Virus record (IMG/VR): IMGVR_UViG_3300045988_078919
DNA length: 44,389 nucleotides
Direction: 5' to 3' (one strand)
Origin: a virus
Both the position numbers and the translations under genes were made by a program. This document shows, piece by piece, positions 1 to 7,558 of this stretch (position 1 is the first letter of the stretch; each line of letters starts with the position of its first letter). Below the pieces are notes generated by a model. That model had not been told where the DNA came from. It saw only the letters and a list, made by a program, of their open reading frames with translations, and did no database searches.

Positions 1-99
1 ATTTTTTTTGATGAAAAATGTCACGTTTAGTGACTTTATAAACCAGATAGCTCTGTTCTATGTCCAAGGTAATACTGCTGAACGACAGGATAAAAAAGA
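1..99. repeat. Terminal overlap, left copy (identical to 44291-44389)
   Basis: Base-by-base comparison: attttttttgatgaaaaatgtcacgtttagtgac...gataaaaaaga occurs at both contig ends. It lies inside and downstream of the cro-like ORF, so it is not an att site. Confidence 0.95.
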
Positions 100-202
100 A
101 AAAACTACTCCCCGACAAAGTATTTTTTTGTTATGAAAAATTCCTCATATAAGTTTAAAGATAACACTCATAACTTCGGGCAGGGGACAGAACTATCTGG
201 TT
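41..202. repeat. Long-range inverted repeat (arms 41-56 and 187-202, 15/16 complementary) downstream of the cro-like gene
   Basis: aaccagatagctctgt versus acagaactatctggtt. The arms enclose about 130 nt of non-coding sequence. Confidence 0.6.
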
Positions 203-229
203 CTAAAAAAGAAAAAGAAGGTGATAGGA

Positions 230-388
230 ATGGGAGATGGTCTAGAAGCAACATATAAAATCGGAAATGCAACTGTTCGGATCCATGGAAAAATAGATCC
301 GGATAAGCTCAAAGCAGCAACGGTTGAGTTTTTGAAGAGTGCTGAGAGACAAAAGAAATCCAAAAAACTTGTAGAGAAAGGAGCATAA
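230..388 (+). CDS. hypothetical small protein (52 aa)
   Basis: ATG at 230 follows GAAGGTGA. Translation is MGDGLEATYKIGNATVRIHGKIDPDKLKAATVEFLKSAERQKKSKKLVEKGA, with stop at 386-388 abutting the next ATG. It is below the ORF-track size cutoff. Confidence 0.35.
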   Translation: MGDGLEATYKIGNATVRIHGKIDPDKLKAATVEFLKSAERQKKSKKLVEKGA

Positions 389-514
389 ATGGCAACAGCA
401 ATAGTATTTACACTTTATGTATTAGTTAGTATGATCATTTGTTTCGTTTTTTCTAAAACAAAGATTGGGAAGAAAACAATGAAATGGATGCTTGATAAGC
501 TAACAATGAAATGA
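389..514 (+). CDS. hypothetical small membrane protein (41 aa)
   Basis: The ATG immediately follows the upstream TAA. MATAIVFTLYVLVSMIICFVF forms a hydrophobic helix, followed by a basic tail. Confidence 0.3.
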   Translation: MATAIVFTLYVLVSMIICFVFSKTKIGKKTMKWMLDKLTMK

Positions 515-534
515 AATGAAAGGGGACGAAAAAA

Positions 535-1098
535 ATGATTGACGAGAAGATATTGCTACAAGAGTTGGATGAAATGATTAAGATTCAACAGAAATCTGTT
601 GAGCGAGCAGAGCAGGGATCTAATGAAGCTGTTGTGTATTTAGAGTCCAGAGAGCTCGCAGCATACATGAAAGTAAGAAACCTGATAAAAGAAAAAAGTG
701 CCCACGGAGCGGCAACTCCATTAGGCACACAGTTAAATAGACAAAAACAGTATAACACAGATCGTCAGAAAAGTGAAATCAGAAAAATAGTAACTGAGAT
801 CTTTGATCTATCTTTGCGACTGCAAGAAATGACAGATGGAACTATAGACTGGATAGATTGGCGAGAGCCAGGTGTTCCGTGTGTATACGTTGAATATCAC
901 GGAGCCACCGCAGTGCTAAGCGTTAAGATCTGGGAAAATGGCTTTAGTGCAGAACAGCGACCAGATTACAGTACAATGCTGTTTCTCGACAATCCGAACT
1001 GTATGATCGAAGCAGGGTATCTGAAAGAAAAATTGATGGGATTATTAGAAGAAAGAAGAGGAAGCGACAATGGGAAAGATGATTCTGATCACAACTGA
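535..1098 (+). CDS. hypothetical early protein
   Basis: 187-aa ORF with AAGGGGA upstream. It is the first of a tightly packed + strand early operon, and I recognise no domain. Confidence 0.65.
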   Translation: MIDEKILLQELDEMIKIQQKSVERAEQGSNEAVVYLESRELAAYMKVRNLIKEKSAHGAATPLGTQLNRQKQYNTDRQKSEIRKIVTEIFDLSLRLQEMTDGTIDWIDWREPGVPCVYVEYHGATAVLSVKIWENGFSAEQRPDYSTMLFLDNPNCMIEAGYLKEKLMGLLEERRGSDNGKDDSDHN

Positions 1099-1516
1099 TA
1101 ATGAGGTAAAAGAGCTGGAATATCCAGATGGGGGACTTAAATCATGGAAAAAGTTGAGAGAACACATCGGGAATGGATGTGAGCTAATTGAACATGTACA
1201 GCCCAAGAGATTATATACAGAGATCGGTGCAGGAATTGAGATTAAAAATGTACCAGGATCAAAAGTAAGCATGTTGGTTGATGAAGAATTTTATTTTCAT
1301 TGCGACGAAACCAAATTAAATAAGATAGCTTCATGGCTGTATGAGACAGATTGCCATGGATACCAGATTCTTGGAAATGCTTTGATCATTGGAGAGAAGT
1401 ATGGAAATGCAGGAATTGAGTTTTGTGAAATGTCAGAAGAACAGTTTGATCTTGTCTTTCCTAAATTAAAAGAATTGGGAAGGAGGTTTAAAGATGCAGA
1501 CCATAACAGGGTATGA
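1070..1516 (+). CDS. hypothetical protein, possibly DUF3846-like
   Basis: 148-aa ORF overlapping the upstream gene end. The pattern ILITTDNEVKELEYPDG...IEHVQP...SMLVDEE...ILGNALIIGE resembles DUF3846 phage proteins, by recollection only. Confidence 0.55.
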   Translation: MGKMILITTDNEVKELEYPDGGLKSWKKLREHIGNGCELIEHVQPKRLYTEIGAGIEIKNVPGSKVSMLVDEEFYFHCDETKLNKIASWLYETDCHGYQILGNALIIGEKYGNAGIEFCEMSEEQFDLVFPKLKELGRRFKDADHNRV

Positions 1517-1742
1517 GTACAACGGTTTTGCTATTCCAGAAGAGGAAGCAATGAAAAAAATTGAATATGAAGTGTGGAACCACGATGAAGATAAACAGGA
1601 TGCTTTTGATTATCTTTGGGAAGTTGTAACAAGTGATCCGAAGTTAAAAGAAGAATTTAAAGAATGGTTCTTTAATGGGGTGTCGCATGAAATAGAGTGC
1701 GATGATCAAAGAAGAATCAAAGGTTATTTTGAGGTGATATAG
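1494..1742 (+). CDS. hypothetical protein
   Basis: 82-aa ORF, overlap-coupled to its neighbours and acidic in composition. Confidence 0.55.
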   Translation: MQTITGYEYNGFAIPEEEAMKKIEYEVWNHDEDKQDAFDYLWEVVTSDPKLKEEFKEWFFNGVSHEIECDDQRRIKGYFEVI

Positions 1743-2351
1743 ATGTTAAAACCATATGATGAATTGGTAAAAGTAAATGTACTTCCGTATTGTGCAGAAC
1801 GAGAAGGGTTTATGTATTTGAACTGGGCAAAGTGCATGGAACTTTTAAGAGAGAACGGTGCGGAAAAGGTATATTTTGAACTTTGCCAGAACGAAAGAAC
1901 AGGGAATAGTCTTTTTTGTAGCGATCAGACGTTTCAAGACAAAAATGGAAATATAAATCAATGTTACGAAACAAGGATTAAAGTATGCATTGATGATCAG
2001 GTGTATTACATGCAATCGCCGGTCATGAATGGTAAAAATCCAGTAAAGGCAAATTCGATGAATCAAGCCAGAGTTTGGGCTAGTGCTTGTAGGTCGTTTG
2101 TTAAGTGCGTAGCTATCAATACAGGGCTAGGGTTCAATCTTTGGGTAAAAGAAGAGAACATGGATTATGTTCCAGTTGAAGACGGACCGGCTACAGAATC
2201 ACAGAAAGCAACGTTAATTGAAATTTGTTCTAAGCACGGAATCAATATAGATTATTGGTGTAAAAGAGAAGGCACAACACTTGATGCATTAACTGGAAGC
2301 GAAGCAGGAAGAATGCTATTAGCGTTAAAAACAAAGTATGGAGATGATTAA
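1743..2351 (+). CDS. Rad52-like single-strand annealing protein (Sak / DUF1071 type)
   Basis: The ATG abuts the upstream TAG. YLNWAKCMELLRENGAE and NQARVWASACRSFVKCVAINTGLGFNLWVKEE match the conserved Sak/DUF1071 motifs as I recall them. Confidence 0.6.
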   Translation: MLKPYDELVKVNVLPYCAEREGFMYLNWAKCMELLRENGAEKVYFELCQNERTGNSLFCSDQTFQDKNGNINQCYETRIKVCIDDQVYYMQSPVMNGKNPVKANSMNQARVWASACRSFVKCVAINTGLGFNLWVKEENMDYVPVEDGPATESQKATLIEICSKHGINIDYWCKREGTTLDALTGSEAGRMLLALKTKYGDD

Positions 2352-2358
2352 GTGATCA

Positions 2359-3048
2359 ATGCATGAATTAGCAAAGATAACAGGAATCAGATCAGATATC
2401 GAAGGAACAGAGATGAAAGTCTTTGTTCCGGAGAAAAATCTGTTTAATACGATTCTGGATAAGCGAATCCATGATGTGGAGCTTCGGTTGGATGATGGTA
2501 GAACAATAACAAATGCACAGAGAAAAAAGACATACGCAACGATCAGAGACATCGCAGACTATACCGGTTATCTTCCTGAACAGATGAAAGAGATCATGAA
2601 GTATGAATATATCATACGGACAGGAAATGATTATTTTTCTTTAGGGACATGCACAGTAGATACAGCACGCGAATTTATATCAATGCTGTTGGAGTTTTGT
2701 TTGGAGCAAGGAATACCATTGTCAGATCTAGCGATCAATAGGACAGATGATATCGGAAGATACTTGCATTACTGCATCAAGAATCGTGTATGTGCAATCT
2801 GTGGCCGCAAAGGAGAAATCCATCACGTTGACAAGATCGGCATGGGAAATGATCGCAGGACCGTAGACGACAGCAATTATAGAAAGATATGCCTATGCAG
2901 AACGCATCATACAGAAGATCACACGATCGGAGAGAAAGCTTTCCAGAAGAAGTATAAGGTTTATGGAATCATAGTAAAGGAGCAGGAGAATGGCTTGGAA
3001 GAATTACAACAGACCCAACAAGTACAACAATCACAAAACGATAGTTGA
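2359..3048 (+). CDS. putative HNH-type nuclease (HNHc_6-like phage protein)
   Basis: Carries CAICGRKGEIHHVD ... CLCRTHHTEDH Cys/His motifs. It sits directly after the annealase, as in many Firmicute phages. Confidence 0.55.
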   Translation: MHELAKITGIRSDIEGTEMKVFVPEKNLFNTILDKRIHDVELRLDDGRTITNAQRKKTYATIRDIADYTGYLPEQMKEIMKYEYIIRTGNDYFSLGTCTVDTAREFISMLLEFCLEQGIPLSDLAINRTDDIGRYLHYCIKNRVCAICGRKGEIHHVDKIGMGNDRRTVDDSNYRKICLCRTHHTEDHTIGEKAFQKKYKVYGIIVKEQENGLEELQQTQQVQQSQNDS

Positions 3049-3116
3049 TGGGATCAAGTTTGACAGCATCAGAAAATATGGAGATCTGTACGATTTACGA
3101 ATAACGAGGTGATCAC

Positions 3117-3845
3117 ATGAATGAAGGATGGGTAAAGACATACAGAAGTCTTACGGATCACTGGGTATGGCAGGATAAACCATTTTCAAAAGGACAGGCT
3201 TGGATGGATCTCTTACTTATGGTAAACCACAGTGAGAAAAAAATCTTGATCGATGGAAAGCTTGAAAATGTGGAACGTGGTCAGACGGTCTCATCCATCC
3301 GCAAGTTGTGCGACCGATGGGGATGGAGCAACACTAAAGTTAAGAACTTTTTAAAAATGCTCGAAAACGATTCCATGATACACGTAAAAAGCGACACCAA
3401 AAAGACGGTCATAACCATAGTAAATTACAGTGTTTACCAAGATTCTGAAAATGAAAAAACGACACTGAAACGACAGTCAAGCGACACCAAAACGTCACAG
3501 AAACACACAAACAAGAATGAAAAGAATGAAAAGAATGAAAAGAAGAGTAATATAAAGCGTTTCACGCCACCTACATACGAGCAAGTCTTCGGTTATTGCA
3601 AAGAGCGGAACAATAGCGTTGATGCAAATGTTTTTATTGACTTTTACGAATCCAAAGGTTGGATGGTTGGTAAAAACAAGATGAAAGACTGGAAGGCAGC
3701 AGTACGGAACTGGGAACGGAATAGGGGTACTGGAGCAGTAAGAAGAGAGAAAAAGAATCCTGCGCACTTGGATTGCGAGAGAAATCATGATTTTGATTCT
3801 TTGGAACAGCAGTTGTTACAGAAACAGTTAGGAGATGAATTATAA
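3117..3845 (+). CDS. replication initiator / replisome organiser (DnaD-like winged helix plus conserved phage C-terminal domain)
   Basis: N-terminus is WVKTYRSLTDHWVWQDKPFSKGQAWMDLLLMVNH. C-terminus is FTPPTYEQVFGYCKERNNSVDANVFIDFYESKGWMVGKNKMKDWKAAVRNWERN. The linker carries NEKNEKNEK. Confidence 0.65.
   Translation: MNEGWVKTYRSLTDHWVWQDKPFSKGQAWMDLLLMVNHSEKKILIDGKLENVERGQTVSSIRKLCDRWGWSNTKVKNFLKMLENDSMIHVKSDTKKTVITIVNYSVYQDSENEKTTLKRQSSDTKTSQKHTNKNEKNEKNEKKSNIKRFTPPTYEQVFGYCKERNNSVDANVFIDFYESKGWMVGKNKMKDWKAAVRNWERNRGTGAVRREKKNPAHLDCERNHDFDSLEQQLLQKQLGDEL
3389..3539. repeat. Iteron-like repeats inside the initiator gene (putative ori)
   Basis: The 14-mer aagcgacaccaaaa occurs at 3389-3402 and 3479-3492. 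Degenerate aacgaca(c/g) copies lie at about 3455-3478. The 9-mer aagaatgaa is repeated three times in perfect tandem at 3513-3539. Confidence 0.4.
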
Positions 3846-4578
3846 CGTGAGTGAGATTAGAGACTTGATCGCAGTCAACTACGAAACAGAACAGCCGACA
3901 GTATCTGCAAGAAATCTGCATGAACAGTTACACATCGAGACACCGTTCAAGAAATGGATTGATCGAATGTGTGAATATGGGTTTGAAGAGTATAAAGACT
4001 TTTGGACAAAAATGTCCGAAAGTACCGGAGGACGACCATCAACAGAATATGAGATTTCTATCGATATGGCAAAACAGATCTGTATGATTCAAAGATCGCC
4101 AGAAGGAAAACAGATCCGACAGTATTTTCTCGATCTCGAGAAAGCATGGAACACGCCAGAGCAGATCTTTGCTAGAGCGTTGAAGATGGCGGATAAAACG
4201 ATAGACAAGCTCAAATCAGACAACGCAATACTGATTGAGGATAACGAAAGAATGAAGCCAAAAGAGATATTTGCGGATGCAGTTTCCACGAGTGATACAT
4301 CTATCCTGATCGGAGAGTTGGCTAAGATTCTTCGTCAAAACGGAGTACAGACGGGGCAAAATAAACTGTTTGAATGGATGCGATGCAATGGTTATCTGAT
4401 CAAGAGAAAAGGCTCTGATTGGAATATGCCAACGCAACGAGCAATGGATATGGATCTATTCGAGATCAAGGAAACAGTGATCAATCAGCCAAATGGATCA
4501 ACGAAGATCAGCAAGACCACGAAAGTTACAGGAAAAGTGCAGCAGTACTTTATCAATAAGTTACTCGCAGCAATGTAA
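3835..4578 (+). CDS. phage antirepressor (Ant N-terminal domain plus KilA-C/ORF6C domain)
   Basis: SARNLHEQLHIETPFKKWIDRMCEYGF...IRQYFLDLEKAW is followed by the C-terminal stretch ILIGELAKILRQNGVQTGQNKLFEWMRCNGYLIKR. Confidence 0.7.
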   Translation: MNYNVSEIRDLIAVNYETEQPTVSARNLHEQLHIETPFKKWIDRMCEYGFEEYKDFWTKMSESTGGRPSTEYEISIDMAKQICMIQRSPEGKQIRQYFLDLEKAWNTPEQIFARALKMADKTIDKLKSDNAILIEDNERMKPKEIFADAVSTSDTSILIGELAKILRQNGVQTGQNKLFEWMRCNGYLIKRKGSDWNMPTQRAMDMDLFEIKETVINQPNGSTKISKTTKVTGKVQQYFINKLLAAM

Positions 4579-4589
4579 TAAAAATAAGA

Positions 4590-4747
4590 CTCTCCGGTTG
4601 ATCACTGCCTGCAAGACACTATAAACCATGATTGTTGTTTAATAAAAAGTCGTAGTATTAGTCGTGGTAGCTGTGGATTTAGGAATGATCTTAAGTGACC
4701 AACAACAGCACAAAGGGATCATATGCAGGCAGTGATCAGCCGGAGAG
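4590..4747. repeat. 24-bp long-range inverted repeat bounding a ~110-nt core (candidate structured RNA)
   Basis: Left arm 4590-4613 is ctctccggttgatcactgcctgca. Right arm 4724-4747 is tgcaggcagtgatcagccggagag. Complementarity is 23/24, and the single difference is a T:G (G-U compatible) pair. Confidence 0.6.
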
Positions 4748-4844
4748 CTAAATTATATACCACATGTAACTATTAACCGCATAAGAAACAGCCAGTATAA
4801 GCCATGAGCCTGCTGCCTAAGGCAGTGGGCAGAAAGGAGAACTG

Positions 4845-5039
4845 ATGGCGGATTACAGCAAAGGATTTAAACGCCGTGTTGTACAGTTATGGATCCAACA
4901 TGGTATGTCCACAAATGAGATCAGTAGATCATCCGGCATCGATCATAAGACACTGATGAGGTGGTATAAGCGTTTCTACCCTGAGATAACAGGGGGGGGG
5001 GCGAGACAAAACACGAAGGTTTGCAGTGGCATTATGTAG
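4845..5039 (+). CDS. small HTH protein (IS3 OrfA / HTH_Tnp_1-like), contains a G10 tract
   Basis: AAAGGAGA RBS. FKRRVVQLWIQHGMSTNEISRSSGIDHKTLMRWYKRF resembles transposase-OrfA-type HTH. The poly-G at 4992-5001 encodes GGG. Confidence 0.45.
   Translation: MADYSKGFKRRVVQLWIQHGMSTNEISRSSGIDHKTLMRWYKRFYPEITGGGARQNTKVCSGIM
4992..5001. repeat. G10 homopolymer
   Basis: Counted directly: aac-a-gggggggggg-cgag. Confidence 0.9.
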
Positions 5040-5083
5040 GCAATTGTGCCGGATATCATAAGTAAATAAGTAAAGGAGTACGA

Positions 5084-5318
5084 TCAGACAGCTTAACTTT
5101 CTATCTGATTAAGATTTTTCGAGTAACTATTAACGAAGCAAGCAAACGTAAACATATTTTTCAGGTTTTTTGTATTTTTATTTTTCACAAACTAGATTTG
5201 GTATTACAATTTTTCAAATCACAGGAGAAGAATCACGGCAGTTTATATGATCGGGCAAGAAATTATAGAAATGTGATCAGTATAAATGCTGTTTCAGGTA
5301 GAAAGTTAAGCTGTCTGA
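5084..5318. repeat. Long-range inverted repeat (19/19 perfect core, 24 positions with one G-U) bounding an AT-rich ~190-nt core
   Basis: 5085-5103 cagacagcttaactttcta versus 5299-5317 tagaaagttaagctgtctg. The right arm ends 10 nt before the ATG at 5328. Confidence 0.6.
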
Positions 5319-5327
5319 GAAAACGAT

Positions 5328-5576
5328 ATGAGATATAAAGAAAATTTCAAGAAAGGAATGGTCCGGCTGATCATCTCAACAGGGATAAGCTACAAGAAGC
5401 TGTCAGAACTGACAACGATCAGTCAGCCAACATTGAAAAAATGGGATGATGAATATCGGCAGGAGTGTCTGGATGAGAAGAAAAGAGAAGCTGAGAAACT
5501 AAAGAAGCAGGAAGAAGAGAACATGAGATGCACGGCGTGGCATCAGTATGGATCTGGTGCAGGTCGGTTTGAGTAA
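5328..5576 (+). CDS. small HTH protein, paralogue of 4845-5039
   Basis: FKKGMVRLIISTGISYKKLSELTTISQPTLKKWDDEYRQ shows the same OrfA-like HTH layout. A charged coiled tail follows. Confidence 0.5.
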   Translation: MRYKENFKKGMVRLIISTGISYKKLSELTTISQPTLKKWDDEYRQECLDEKKREAEKLKKQEEENMRCTAWHQYGSGAGRFE

Positions 5577-5587
5577 GAGGAAGTAAA

Positions 5588-5926
5588 ATGACAGAGCAAA
5601 AAGAACAAGAAATCGTAGATAGAATTGAAAAGAGTGTATGCAAAGAAGATACACAGAAAGTATTACAAAAACCAAGAAATAAATGGTTTAGAGATGCAAA
5701 TGGATCCGGAACAGATTCGTTAATGGCAAATGCATTGGGAAATTCGTTCGTAGCATGGAGTGCATGGGAGCAGATTCGGCGATTAACATGTGTTGCTTGC
5801 GGAAAGAAATATGTAAGGCAGCTTACAGAAGACGATCATGCAGAAGAGGTATGTGAGCAGATTTGCCAGACAATTTATGATATTGCAATGATGAGAAAGA
5901 AGGATGATCAGAATGGGGAAGCTTGA
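5588..5926 (+). CDS. hypothetical protein
   Basis: 112-aa ORF with AGGAAG upstream; no domain recognised. Confidence 0.55.
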   Translation: MTEQKEQEIVDRIEKSVCKEDTQKVLQKPRNKWFRDANGSGTDSLMANALGNSFVAWSAWEQIRRLTCVACGKKYVRQLTEDDHAEEVCEQICQTIYDIAMMRKKDDQNGEA

Positions 5927-6443
5927 TAAAGAACAAGAGGCCAGAATGGCAGGAATGGCATATGCGTTAGGCATTGCAGAAAAAAAGGGAATTGATGGAT
6001 TAAGAAAAGAGCTTCAGATGCGAGGAGCATTGAGAGTTGGACTTCTGATCGACAACGACAGATTAGATAAAGCTTTTGAAATCCTAGCAACAACACTCTA
6101 TGGAAACATCATGACAACAGCATTATCAGCACTGGCAGATAGCGAAGGTTTTGGAGAAAAGAGACTTCGAAGATTCAAAGAAGCATATGATCATAAATCC
6201 ATGTGCCTGGTATCTCTGGATCAGTACGCAGAACATTTTGTAACATTTGAAGACATGGCATTAGATTTAAAGAAACGTTATAACATCGACATGAATGCAG
6301 AAATGATTGCATCAAACCAGGAAGTGATCGATAAAGGGCGAAGAGTGTTACCGAATGTGATCAAGTTATTGGAGCATGAGAATCAACACGAGGCAGCAGA
6401 TGTATTAAGAGAACATTTACATGAGGCGGTGGCAGTATGGTAA
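5904..6443 (+). CDS. hypothetical protein
   Basis: 179-aa ORF that overlaps the end of the upstream gene. Confidence 0.55.
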   Translation: MIRMGKLDKEQEARMAGMAYALGIAEKKGIDGLRKELQMRGALRVGLLIDNDRLDKAFEILATTLYGNIMTTALSALADSEGFGEKRLRRFKEAYDHKSMCLVSLDQYAEHFVTFEDMALDLKKRYNIDMNAEMIASNQEVIDKGRRVLPNVIKLLEHENQHEAADVLREHLHEAVAVW

Positions 6444-6589
6444 ACAAGAAAGAATTTAAAGGCTACATCTGTGAGATCACAGGCAAGCCAATTAAAGACA
6501 TGAAGCTGTGTCCGGACAAGCAGCAGAAGCTAAAGGTTCGGATCAAGTGTGATAAGGGATGCGTCTGGTGTAAAAAGGAAAGGAGATAG
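6437..6589 (+). CDS. hypothetical small Cys-rich protein (50 aa)
   Basis: ATGGTAA overlap with the upstream stop. Translation is MVNKKEFKGYICEITGKPIKDMKLCPDKQQKLKVRIKCDKGCVWCKKERR. It is below the ORF-track cutoff. Confidence 0.35.
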   Translation: MVNKKEFKGYICEITGKPIKDMKLCPDKQQKLKVRIKCDKGCVWCKKERR

Positions 6590-6598
6590 TGGAGATCT

Positions 6599-6832
6599 AT
6601 GTTAATACAAGTCGAAGATAAAACGATTGTGAATATACGATATGTCAGAAGTATATGGATATATGAGCACCAGTACAAAGAAGGGGGAAAGAAATACCTT
6701 GTTAAATGCGAGATGACAGAAGAAACAGATGAAACTGTTAAGACATGTAATACAAGAGAGGAAGCAGAAAAAGCACTAGAACAGATACTTAATCAGTACG
6801 ACAGAGGACAGAGAGTCATTAAGATCAAGTAA
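6599..6832 (+). CDS. hypothetical protein
   Basis: 77-aa ORF with GGAGAT upstream. Confidence 0.5.
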   Translation: MLIQVEDKTIVNIRYVRSIWIYEHQYKEGGKKYLVKCEMTEETDETVKTCNTREEAEKALEQILNQYDRGQRVIKIK

Positions 6833-6861
6833 TTGTTAAAGAAAGTTAAGGAGGAAATGAG

Positions 6862-7284
6862 ATGATGAAGCTAAGAAATGTTGTAAATACAAGAAACCAT
6901 GGATATGTTGCTATTGATACATGTTATACATTTGATCATGGATTCGAGACGATGGTATTCAAATGCGATAAAAACGGAAATATTATTGATTGGTCGGATT
7001 TAGACGTTGATATGTATGATAATGCAGAAAAGGCAGAAGAAGGACACAAAGAAATGATTGAAAATGGAAAAACAAATAAAAGAGGAAAAATAATGGGAAA
7101 AGTAAGACAAAGATTAGGAAAAGCCTACATCCATACAAAAGAAGAATCTATCCAGGGTATCATCATCGATGCTCTGGTAAACCATGGATATGACGTGGAT
7201 GTAGAAGTAACAGATAACGGAATAAACGAAGTAGTATCATGTGAGATTTACGATGTGGGGGGGGGCAGTAAGAAGAATGGTTGA
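6862..7284 (+). CDS. hypothetical protein ending in a G9-encoded GGG
   Basis: AAGGAGG RBS 6 nt upstream of the ATG. 140 aa, with a poly-G tract at 7257-7265 close to the C-terminus. Confidence 0.6.
   Translation: MMKLRNVVNTRNHGYVAIDTCYTFDHGFETMVFKCDKNGNIIDWSDLDVDMYDNAEKAEEGHKEMIENGKTNKRGKIMGKVRQRLGKAYIHTKEESIQGIIIDALVNHGYDVDVEVTDNGINEVVSCEIYDVGGGSKKNG
7257..7265. repeat. G9 homopolymer
   Basis: Counted directly: gat-gt-ggggggggg-cag. Confidence 0.9.
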
Positions 7285-7371
7285 GTTTATTGCAGGATTA
7301 TTTATCGGAGCAGTTGCAGGAGTGGCAGTGATGTCACTCTGTGCCGCAGCGAAAGAGAGGGATGAGTTATG
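7276..7371 (+). CDS. hypothetical small membrane protein (31 aa)
   Basis: MVEFIAGLFIGAVAGVAVMSLCAAAKERDEL. It overlaps the upstream stop and shares an ATGA overlap with the next gene at 7369. Confidence 0.3.
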
Positions 7372-7551
7372 ACAAGGGAAGTATCAATTACTGATAAGCT
7401 GACAGGAGTAATAACAGTAAACGACGACCTGAAAAAAGTAAAACAAGAAATGTGCGACGGTTATTGCGTGTATGCAAAAATGACACCACATTTTGACAAA
7501 ACAAGTGCAGGAGCATGCGTTTTATGCCCACTGAAAAATTATAAGGAGTGA
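7369..7551 (+). CDS. hypothetical Cys-rich protein
   Basis: 60 aa, with CDGYCVY...CVLCP motifs. Confidence 0.45.
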   Translation: MTREVSITDKLTGVITVNDDLKKVKQEMCDGYCVYAKMTPHFDKTSAGACVLCPLKNYKE

Positions 7552-7558
7552 TACATAA

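Noticed and set aside
133-258. 41-aa ORF starting at the ATG at 133
   Set aside because: It has no ribosome-binding site, overlaps the better-supported small ORF at 230 in another frame, and lies inside the inverted-repeat-bounded spacer.
4845-5576. Possible IS element, since two IS3-OrfA-like HTH genes are flanked by inverted repeats
   Set aside because: No DDE transposase (OrfB) or frameshift partner follows either gene. The inverted repeats bracket the non-coding spacers rather than the genes, and I could see no target-site duplications.
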